This document shows, in pieces, positions 25,555 through 37,133 of a DNA stretch of 64,000 bases. The position numbers and the translations under genes were made by a program. Under the pieces are notes generated by a model. That model was not told where the DNA came from. It saw nothing but the letters and a program-made list of their open reading frames with translations, and ran no database searches. Position 1 is the first letter of the stretch. Each line of letters starts with the position of its first letter. This stretch comes from Octopus bimaculoides. Taxonomy: Eukaryota. The DNA lies in the NCBI RefSeq assembly GCF_001194135.2, contig NC_069003.1:36933872-36997871 (forward strand). Direction: 5' to 3'.

Positions 25555-26110
25555 GTACTTACCCGAAGTTGGTGAAACGAACAAGAAATTCCACGAGGGG
25601 CGAACGAAGAGAGACGAAGCCAAGACTGGTGACGTCACAACTAATGGACTGATAACCCCGAAACTAAAGTACACACTGCAAATAAAGATTCGTTTTTGGA
25701 AAGTTATTGGTGTTTTAATTTATATTTTAATATTTAATAGAGTATCTATGGGCATTCAAATGCGTTACATAAGGGTGTAGGTTTGTTGCAGTTCGAGAAA
25801 ACAGTAATATATTTGACTTTCATTGTAACTCTCCTCTCTATCCCTCTCTATATGTATTATTTATAATCATGCAAATTTTAAAATATCAATAAATGCATAG
25901 AATATAGTAATTAAAGACTGCTTAAGGGTAAAAAGGAGATGTTTTAATTGTTTTGTCTATTTATCCAGCCTTTTTATTGATTAATTTTATCGTTTTCAAC
26001 TTAGCGCCATATGAATAGTGGTAGGAAGAGGAGATATATGAGTAGTAGAAGTAGAGATTAGAGGTTATATGTGTTGGATGTCATCAACGTCACTATATAT
26101 TGGCGGGAAA
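25555..26110. promoter_or_regulatory. Candidate bidirectional promoter upstream of NASP with CRE and E2F/CCAAT sites
   Basis: GTGACGTCAC at 25629-25638; ATTGGCGGGAAA at 26099-26110; minus-strand pyrimidine-rich leader ending in the donor CGG|GTAAGTAC at 25563/25562. Confidence 0.5.
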
Positions 26111-26297
26111 GTGTGTTGAATAGAGAAAAGGGAACCGGACGGGATTGTGCTGAGTTTCAGATAAACAACGGGGAATAAAGGAAGAGAGAGAGAGAGAGAC
26201 GTAGAAAAGAAACCAAACCTCCTACTGAGAATTAGGAAAAGAATAACAAAAGCCGAGTCGAAGTCGGAAGTTGTTTGTGTCTCAAAATCCAGCAGCT

Positions 26298-26635
26298 ATG
26301 TCTTCTGTCGCAGAACCATCCAGTTCCGCTGCCAGTGGCTCTCCCAGTAAAGAAAGGTAAGAGCTACAACTATCAAAGTCATTGCTAAAGTAATAAGGCA
26401 GACTTTTGGTGAATTATGAATTATTTTCGCAGAATTTAATGTAAATAGTATTAAGTCTTTGGACAACTTCTTCAACGGACCCATCGCCGAAAGTGGACCC
26501 AGGAATCCGGTTTTGCCGGCATTTCTGCTTCCACTTCCTTCACTTTGTTTCTTAACGCCTTTCTTTCTGTCGTCGACGTATGATCTCTCACTCTTTCTCT
26601 CTCTGTATGTATGTATGTATATATATATATGATAT

Positions 26636-26666
<31 letters not shown>

Positions 26667-29600
26667 AACCTTTTATACACAACACAAATATTACAGTCAT
26701 TGCATAACGACCCTCTTAGATGGCGATAGTGACAATTTCTCACTGTTCCTTTTCCGTTTATTCAATTCTCTCGCATGTTGTTTCGTGAAGCGGTATAAAT
26801 GGTGGTCGGTTTGTTTATAGTTCCGTTTTACATCGGATAACGAATTAGCAAAAGACAAACAGAATTGAAATAAGCGATGCTTATGAATATAAACATGATA
26901 AACATTAAATCATAAAATTATAATCCTTGTGTAGCTGACATCGTGATATTTACCCCATGGTGACAAAAGTATATTCTCAAAGTTACCCGTAATGACCTGT
27001 AACGAGCATTCTGGTGGATGGTGCTCCAACTTGGCCACAGGATAGTTATATTGTAACCTCCATCCTTCTTTCGTACGTCTACAAAAGATAATTATCTGGA
27101 CAACCTCGCCCACATTCAGTTTCCTTCCTTACCATTATTTCCAAGATCCACTCATTCTAATCCACTTGTTAATTAGAGGTTTTAAGCCTGGTTAAAATAG
27201 ACTTTATTTCTAATATTTTTCTCATCAGGAATTGTCCCGCTTCGTTGTTATTAGAAGTATTTTGGGTACTTTTTCAGAATTCCCCCTTGTACTCGAACTG
27301 GCCGTGTATGTCGGCACGGTTTCCGTATTTGTATCAGAAATGAAACATTGCCGTGTAAATCTTCATAGCTTGCTATCCATTTGTCTGTTTCGATCATAAT
27401 TAATGTCCCTTAGTGTGTGTTTGAATTATATGTATATAATAGGTAAACCTACACACTCCGACTTTCTCCCCCTTCATAACTTTCATAAAATTGCATCTGA
27501 TGTGTATCGCTATGTATGTGTGCATTGCCTTCCAATGTTTCTCTTGCCCTTTCTTACATTAACTTCCGATATAATCGTTATCTACTCCACCTGAAAGGTA
27601 TTTTTTTGAAAATGTGATTAATAGAAAAAATTCATTTCTCTGATAGTTATGAGGAAACCAAATCGGGGGGTGGGTCTCACTTGTGTAGGTATGGCACACA
27701 CACACACACAAACAACGTGTTTGTCTTAAGTATGGCTTAACCCCAGACCCTCGATCACGCACCACATCTGTGCCCGTATAATTTTTCTTTTCATTAATTT
27801 TTTGATTTCAGAGTTGAGGTGATGTCAAAAGCTGTGAACTTGATGGGCCAAGGGAAAAGAAATCTAATCTGTGGAGATGTTCCAATGGCTGTTACTCAAT
27901 TTGAAGAATCTTGTCAAATTCTGTAATTATTTTTTTTTTCTTTCTTATTTTTGTTATTAGAATAGTAGAAACAAGTAGAGAATTAGACTAAACTGGACCT
28001 TTTCTTTGTTTTGAGTTCAATCCTTGTCGGGGCAATATAATATTACTTCGGCTGTTCTACTCTAGAAAAACTTGTTTCCTTTACCACAGAGACCTAGACA
28101 CATGGTGTGTGGGAAGGTTACCCTTCTGCTGGCAGCAGCATTTTGTTTTTATCTTTTTAATACTGAGGTGAGTTGTTGTACAATGGATGTAATGACGATT
28201 GCTGAGCTGCTTTTTGGTTTCTTTGACAGGGCCAAGTGCTATGGAGAGATGGCATTTGAATGTGCTGCTGCCTACTTCTCTTATGGTCATGCCTTGCTAG
28301 AATTGGCCAGGCTAGACTCGAAGGTCATTGAAAGTCTTGAAGGTAAGTCGTCGATTGTTGCCAGTTGGTTGTTGTTGTTGGTTCCTTGTTCTGCCATCTT
28401 TTATCCCTGGATTGGTTCAGGGAAGGGTTCCGCTCGTCTTGGGTGGACAGTTATTGACATCAGTGGTTAGGAAGTCTGGGCAACTCAGAGTGGAACAAAT
28501 ATGCATAGGAGGTATTTCTATTCCAAGGGATTCCTTTATGTATTCCAGCTGAAAGGTTGTGACCATGCTGGAGCACTGCCATTTGGCACCCAGTACTTAA
28601 CTGGTATTTATTTTGTGATCCCGACACGATGGAAGGTTGAACTCTGAACCTAACGAGCCAGAAATACCACAGCATTTTGCCCAATGGGCTGACAACTCTA
28701 CCAGGGGTTCACCAATTCACTTGAAATCTGAAAATTCTTGTTTGCTCTGCAACATACAAGCTTTGCTAAATGGATCGAGTGATTTTGTGTGTGTTGGTCA
28801 CGCAATAAAATGCAAATTTGTTTGTTGTTTATATATAAAAGCAGTATCTCTTAGTCAGCTATGAATGACTGCTTCAGTATCTGTTGCTGATGAAGCTTAA
28901 CAACACCAAAACTGGAGTCTAGCGGTCCAATTGTTCATAGCCCAGTGATATCTCTTTCACACACACCTTGTCTGTCAGGAAAATATCTTTCCAGAGATAG
29001 ATTTTGTGGGGAAGGTCTTCATGTTAATTTCACATCCCTAAACTTTGAATGTTTTACTTCTGTAGCTGAAGCAGCTGCTGCTGAAGCGGAGGAAGACGAC
29101 GACGACGATGATGATGATGATGAAGAGGAAGGAGATGATGGAGAAAATGAGAAATCTGAAAAAGATTCAGGTAAGTTTCCATTCCTCCTATTTAATCTTT
29201 TTAAATGGTAGGCTATGGTTTGAAGGTGATTTTGCAGATTCTTAATCCATTCAGCCATCATTCCCTTGTTTAAACATGTAACCAAATTTTTTGTTTATCA
29301 TTTGTGAGTTTCTGAAGCAAATATTTCATATTTAAAACTGCTGCTCAAAACAAAATCTTTAAAGTACATAAACGTTGCAAAATTATGGATTTCTAAATGG
29401 AGCGGCACTACGAGAGAATTCATTCCATGCTTTTTATGTAGACTGGAATTTAGCAAAAACTGAATATTTACAAAGTCAGGAAGAAGATGTTACAGTTAAT
29501 AAGAATGCAACTCAAACATTGTACTGTCTGTTGTTTTGATTCTTAAATAAAACTTTTGTATTACAAATCCTCATGGAGATTCAACTTAACTACATTGTCC

Positions 29601-32600
29601 TGTAGTGTTACCAATATCTCCTGGGTAATCTGTTAGCTTTTGCAACCAATTTCCTTCGTGTTAGGATTTCTGTAAACTGATTAAGGACTGGAACCAATTT
29701 TGTTCCTGAATTGGTTGAGTTTCAGATCTTTCTATAATATTTAGATAAATATAAGCGTGTCTGCATATGCATGTTTCTAACAGAAAAAGATGATGGTGCT
29801 TCTTCTAAAGCTGCTTCCAAAGAGGATGAAGGAACTGGAGATGAAGATCGGACGGACAATTCAGAGTCTCTTTCCTCACAAGACGAGGCTGTTGAAAATC
29901 AGGAGAAACCAGAAGAAAAGGATCCAGAGGAAGATGAACATGTGAGTTCCATTTTGATCGTCACAAAATGCTCGCATCCACTCCGTCTTCTCCCCCTCCC
30001 CTCAATACTGACCATGAATACTCAAGTTCTCTGTGGCACTATTTCATTCTTTGATTTTATGTTCACCTTCTCCCTTCACACCATTATTTCACATATTGGG
30101 TTCTTAATGTTCCTTCACTTAATTAACTGAGTGTTTGGTCAACACAACAGTATGCATACATCATGATGCATAGATGGCTATTTTAAATATTGCTTTGTAT
30201 CAGATTTTGATTCAGCCAGGTGGCTATTTGCAACACCAGTGACTATTTTATTCATTGATTCCTATTTTGGTGGCAATGAATCCTTGTCCAGGCAAACAAG
30301 CTTGGACAAATAATTCATCACTTCTTTCTATCTTGTTTTCTTTGTTGTTGTCAACCAGGATCGTGTGTGTTAGTGGCATAATCTTAATATTTTAAACTGG
30401 ACAGATCAGGTGATCGACATCACCACATTTGACCGGTCTGACACTGGGCCTCACAGTGGTTGTGCATTTCTTACATTTACATCCCCTCCATGCCCTCCCC
30501 TGCCTCAGTCCAGCCCTTCCTGGTCACTGTATCAACTGCCTGATGATATTTAGTAACTTTTCTATTTCAAAGGATGCTGGTAATGATGTTACAAATCTCC
30601 AATTGGCCTGGGAGAGTCTGGAACTTGCTAAAATAATATATTTAAAGTAGGTTTATTATTATTGTTTTGTTTTTTTTTCCCCTTTTTCATTGCATGTGTG
30701 TCTGTTTATATATTTGAAATTGTGTTGGCTCGTTCACTTTTATCTCCCAAGCATAAAACAATGCCTTGGCGCTACTGCTTTTAGTGGGAAAGGTACAGAT
30801 GTGGGGAAAGAATAATTGAATGGCAAAGCTGGTGGTGAAGGTACATGGCTCAGTGGTTGAGGTAGTCAGCTCAGGACTTTGATTTCCGGAGCCTAGTTAA
30901 TGTGAGATTTATCTGGTACTGTCACTTTAGGTGTTGTTCGTAGCATCTGAGCAAATAACCTCGGAATGACTCATTCCAGGCAGGAGCAGCTTTAAATGTT
31001 CTGAATTGTGAACATGTAATTGTACACATTTCATCATGTGTCCAACATAGAACATTGCCTTCTCACGTTGGATATATTGGCCATTCTCAGATGAAGTATC
31101 CAAGTCTTTGAACACCTCTGAATCTTTTGTTCTTCAGTCTATTAATGGACATACAAGAAATGAAATGTGCTGGATGGGCTTCACTGAGATTGCTTATCTG
31201 TAAATGCTGAAAAAAAAAGATCCCTGCTTATCTTTAAGACTGTTTAAAACACTTTTGAGTAGATTGCTATTGTAGGATGAGGGGGTGTTCGAAATTAGGC
31301 TGGAATTAAAAAATATTTTTAAGAATGTTTTGTCTTTGATTATTGAAATTTCTGCTCTTGTGTAATTGTTTTTCAGGAGAAAAGATAAAGAATCCCAATT
31401 GAAGGCAGCTCAAGCCTACTTAAAGCTGGGCGAAGTCGGTTTGGAAACTGGTGAGTTCCTGAAAAAAAAGTCCTTTAAATTTCCTTTGTTCTGTCACGTG
31501 ACCTTGATGGTTGTGATTTAGTCGCCTGCCACCTCGGCTTATTTAGTAAACTTCCCATGACTAATGACTGTTGATGTTTTTATATCAGTCATCCGTAAGC
31601 AGGAAATATTTCCTGCAGAAGTTGTCTTGAATATTCAAAATGATTTTTCAATTCTTGATTCTCAGAGGCAGATGGAATATTGCTTTTTCTGTAAACTTCT
31701 TCAAGCCCACTGTTGGGCATAGGGGTCTTTTTTTCACTTAGGACTGAGAATCCTATATTATTACTACTAATTGGACTGCTAATACTAATGATAGTTTTTA
31801 ATTTTGGGTCAAGGCCGGCAATTTTAAGGCGAGAGACAAGTCAATTACTTGGACCCCATTGTGAGACTGGTACTTTATTTTATTGACCTCCAAACAGATA
31901 AAAGGCTAAGTTGACCTTGGTGGAATTTTTACCTCTGAACATAAAGAACCGGAGGAAATACCATTTCAACATTTTGTGTTTAACCACCATCCTAGTCTTT
32001 TCTTCTGGAATCTTCTCTTCCCTCCTCATAACTTTCCTGTAGGTGTTGACCAGTAACAGTTTAACATTATCAACTTTACTGGTCTCGGAGGGTCTGCAAG
32101 GGTCAGGGGTGCTGTGCCTTGCCTCCAGATTCGGCAAGTAAAAAAAAAGAAAAAAAAGGTGTCTAAAATGTTTAAGTAATTGCCAGTCGTTCCATTGGAC
32201 TTATTCACAAAGAAATTTTGTCATTGTTTGTCTATTTTTTTTCTAATTTCTCTGTTAATCAGGTCGTTATTGTGATTACTTTTTTTTTTCTTTACTTTCT
32301 CCGGTTGCAGGTCTTTATGATTTGGCAGCAGAGGATATCAAAGAATGTCTTAAAATTCAGAAAGAACATCTAAATCCAGAGGAAAGAGAAATAGCTGAAA
32401 CGTATCCTTGTTTTTTTTTCCTTCTGAAAATAACAGAAAAATAAGGATTTTTTTCATAAGTAGGGAAGTCAATAAAATGTGGTTTGTTCGGGGGTTCGGT
32501 TCCCAATAAAAAACACTGCAATAAACAAACCATCTCCATTCACTTTGTAATTAGAACAAATGGTAGATTTATTTGCTCATAGCTATGAAACTTTCACCAT

Positions 32601-35600
32601 CACATGATTTCTGGATAATCTCAACTTGTACTTTAGTATCTTAACCTCGGTCACTGTCATTTGTGTACAGGGAAACAGTTTATGAATTTAATCTGATTTT
32701 TTTTTTTTTTTAAATTAGTATTTTTGTGATTTGGAGTGGTGTAAGGAAGATGGTTGTACTTGGGAAAAGAGGGAGCAGTTATGTCTAGACACCTTTTTGT
32801 AATTTTAATTTTCTCTGAGACACGACCCCCTCTGGGTGTTTATAGATTCTTTAACAGTCTTTCAGTTATTACCAGTTGGGGTTAGTCCATGTGTTTGCTA
32901 GTAACCATGATTCTGCAGTAGAGAATTTCAAAGCAGCAATTTCAGTTATAGAAGCCAAAATAGGTGTGTATATTTTTTCTACTATTTCTATCTCCCCACC
33001 CGTTTTTACTTAGAAAATATTTGGTTATAAAAGAAAAACAAAAATTGTCTTTGATATCAAATGTTTCTCAATGAATACAGGGAGGAAGAAGAAAAAAACA
33101 CGTTTACTGTCAATTTTTTTCAGTTAAAATGTTTGTTAGTTTTTGAACTTTAAAGATTTGTATACAAACACACCTGATTTTGAAATGCCAGATTTTAGAT
33201 TAGTTGGTCATTGGTGGGATCTCCACAAATGGAAAGAAAACCCTTTAAACTGTTGTATCTATGATTATAAAAATGATATTAATGCATTGATTTTTGTGTT
33301 TGCAGATAAATTAAATAAATCTAAAGAACATTTAAAAGACAGCACAGGTAAGTCATTGTTTTAGCCGAGTCACATTAGTTGTTGTTTCCTTTTGTGATTT
33401 CCAGGACTTAGAGTCAACCTAGCTAGGCTCAAAGTCCTAATAAGTAGGAAGGTAGACAAAACACAAACCCCTTCAGGTAGCTGGCCCTGCTCGATCTGTA
33501 GAAAAGGCTTAAGTAGAAACTCTATAAGATGTACCCAGTGTAAGCTATGGACACATAAGAGGTGCAGCAATATCAAAGGAAGGCTAACTCTGCTTGCGAA
33601 GAAGACCTGTTGAGGCAAGTGAAATCGAAATCGAACCAAATTCTACGAATTGGTACCCATGCCAACCTTTCCTTCATTGGACACTAAACTCTGCTTGCAA
33701 AGACCTGTTGGGGCAAGTGAAATCGTAATCGTGATTGAACCAAATTTGATGTCTGGCAGTGAAAGAGTTTAATATTCGAAGGGCAGATAACTGTTGAAAC
33801 CAGATTCTTCTTCCATTCGGTTGTCGTTACTGTCAGCAGCCTTTGAAAGCCTGTAGCAATTACAGGCGCTGCCCATCTCATTGCCTAATGCTCTCCCAGT
33901 TAGAAATGGAGAGAAAATCTCTCAAATCACCTTCAAAAATTGAGATGATCAAAGCTGGAATATTGTTTGTTTGTTTTTTTTTTTTTCTTTCATAATTCTG
34001 CCCAACCAAGGTGAAACATCTAAGTAAAATAGTCTCCTTTCTCTCCTTCAAATTAATCCCTCCCATTAAATGCTGTTTCTGCTGATCTTAAACACAAAGC
34101 TTTTTGAAGGTGTAATTTGAGGAAGATGTTTAGCTCTTCTTTTTAGCAAGCAATGAAATTGCAGACACTCTTAATTTGGTTTTCAAGGCAAAAGCCTTTT
34201 TTTTTAAAAAAAAAAGAGTGCATCTATGACGTTATTCAAAATGGGTTAAACAACAATGTTAACTTTTTAGTGTTTTAATGGACTCGGTAACCTTGTTAGT
34301 CTTCTGGTATCAAAGATCTGTCTCAGCCATGTCAACCAACAAGTCTTCCGTTCGACATCAAACAATTGTTTTTAACTGAATTTTTTTTTTACTTTTATTT
34401 ATTCAGAAACCACAGATGTTGAAACCGTATACAATGCTCGGACAGAAATCAAAGAATTAGAAGAAATAGTTCCAGACATTACACAAAAGGTACAGATTTG
34501 TGTGTGTGTGTGTGTTAGGTCAATAGTAACTGGAATTATATTTGAAGAGGTAAAGTAGTGAGTTGAAACCTAATGAAAGTCCAGAAATCTAAGAATATTG
34601 ATCATGTTCTTTGGCAACAAGTAGTCAGAATGTTCTTTAAGGTTTATTTTTCATTCCCTAGTGGATGAAAGAAGGAACCTTTTCTAGTCTAGATGATCCC
34701 TGACCCATCTACTTGTGACATTTTGTACTGAAATATATTTGTTTTTTAGATTACAGATACAATTGAAGAAAAGAAAACGGTTGCAGATTTGAAGGCTTTT
34801 GCTAAAAAAGAGGCTGCAGAAAAAATGGTAACTATGTTTGTGATTCTAGTGTAGCATAGTTAATACTTTGCAGTATTTTTAAGAGCCTGAGGTGAAATCT
34901 AGCCAAAGTCTTTTGAGTAAAGTATTCTTAAGGAATTAATACAATCTTGATGTAACAGGCTTGAGTTGACTCTTGACTCTGTTGGTTCCTCTGTTGTCCT
35001 AAATGACTCGATGACCAAACTGCTCCCAGTTTGGCCGAGTGGACAATTTGCAGTATTTTATCCTCTGTAATCCTTGTTTTACTACTTTAACAAGTTTTGA
35101 TATAAACCCTTTTCTTACCATATTTTTGGAATACTCTGCCTTTTTGAGAATGGTGAAGAATTTAATAAAATAGTTTTTTTTTATAAGTTTGTATCCTAGT
35201 AGCAGGAGTTGTGGGTTGGCATCAAATGGTTGGCATATAAAGACCAGCTCTGCTTGCACTCGTACTGGATATGCTACAGGTTATGGAAATAGAAACTGCA
35301 AAAGAAATATATTCCACAGGTTTTCTGTTTATTTCATATTGTCTGTGTCTAATCTGTTATGTTCTAGTAAATAGCAATGGTAATAGTTGTTGCTGTTATA
35401 AAATCCATCCAAATATTGGCCACATTGTTTCAATGAAGCAGTGGCTATTTTCTATGGTTTACTATCAAATGGGTTTAATAAAAACAATCGACCTTTTTTT
35501 TTTTTTTTTACTTTTTTACATTATCTAATATAAAACCTTCCATCAAAATTTCATGTTAAATTGTCCAAACACCAGCTTAAACTATTTCACTAAATTCCTC

Positions 35601-37102
35601 ATTAGTTATAGAATTAAAAAAAAAAAAAATAGGCATCGTATTTCAAATGGAAATGTGGAAACAAAAACGGTTAAGCATTTTCTTTCCACCATATCTTGGA
35701 GTTTATATAAACTTTCTAAATCTATTTTTTTAATACAGATGTCTTCTTCTCTGATGGGTGCTGGTAGCTCTTCAGGTTTTGCTGGTCCCAGCAGCAGTAC
35801 CAGTGGCAGNNNNNNNNNNNNNNNNNNNNNNNNNNNNNNNNNNNNNNAGTGGAGACGTTTTAGGGAGCACAACAGGCTTCAGCAGTATCCTCCCTGTAGA
35901 CGCCAAATCTTCTTCACAGGTAAGTTTCAGGTTGGAAAAGAAAATGAGTTAATTTTATGTGTAGGTAGAAAGGGAAAAAAAAATCTTTTATTTTCATATG
36001 GCTTTTCTATGTAAAATATATATATTATCTCTAAATTAAATCTTTTTTTTTTTTTTTTATTTGCAGCCTGTGAAAACGACAGATATCTCTCACCTTGTAC
36101 GAAGGAAAGTAAGTTGGTTGTTTTGTTTTGTGTTGCTTTTCTTTCCTTTTTGTTGTTAATTAATACTCAATTGTTCCACATTATTATCAAATCTTCCTAA
36201 CCACATTATGCACAGTTGTCTTTGGCTAACCGGTTCAGTGTTGTTATTATTGTTAGTAAAAATATTTCTATTAAAGAATCGGCTAAATGTCGGAATTGGT
36301 AGGGATGAACAAAATAAAATGTCTTGTGCTATTTGTTTCCATCCTTTTTCTTTTTTATCTAGGTTCCGAATTTTAAATTTTGCCTAAGTCAAACCTCCAC
36401 CTCTGTCGGGTTGTTAGATCAGTCAACTACTGAGACCATGAGAATTTATTACCCCCTCCTCCTCTTTTGCCTCTAATGATAAGAATTTCTGATAGTTTGA
36501 TCTGAAGGTCAGTTGGTGTCTGTATATACCAGAGTAAGCATATAATTGTGAAACAAGGTGGGGAGAAAATAGTACTCGAATACTGGAGGTAGAGTAATAT
36601 GCTGCAAAAACATCACAAAAACAATAAAAAAAAACTTGCTTAGTTTCACATTGCCATTCATTGAACAACAGTTGTGATTATAATATGGATTGTGTGTTGA
36701 TGGGAAGGTCATGACTTGAAGAAGAGGATGGTTTATACTGCTCTTATTTTTGTCTTGTTCCCTTTTCCTTCCTCAAATACCAGGCGTTTTTTTTTTTAAT
36801 TCACTTAAAATGGTTTGTGGTTTATGTTTGAGGAGATTCGTGATGGCAGCTTTTCCAGTTGTGACTTTTCTATCTTTTTTTTTAGTCTATCCTTATTCCC
36901 ACCCTCCACACTTTTTTCTTTTTTAACCGGTAGGGTGTGATTTGAGGGAAATGTAACTATTTTGAACCAAGCATTGTCCAGTGGGACTCCCTTGCCAGTT
37001 ACACAGCCTTTGGTATTTGCTGCATGCAACGGCACAGGGATGAGTTTTGTCTCAGGCCTCTCTACTTACAGTTTCATTATTTCTCTGGAATTGGTTGGGC
37101 AG

Positions 37103-37133
<31 letters not shown>

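Noticed and set aside
32639-32670. Second U12-like branch (TCTTAAC) with AG 26 nt downstream inside the NASP minor intron
   Set aside because: Spacing is long for U12 introns and use would give a premature stop; no evidence without reads.
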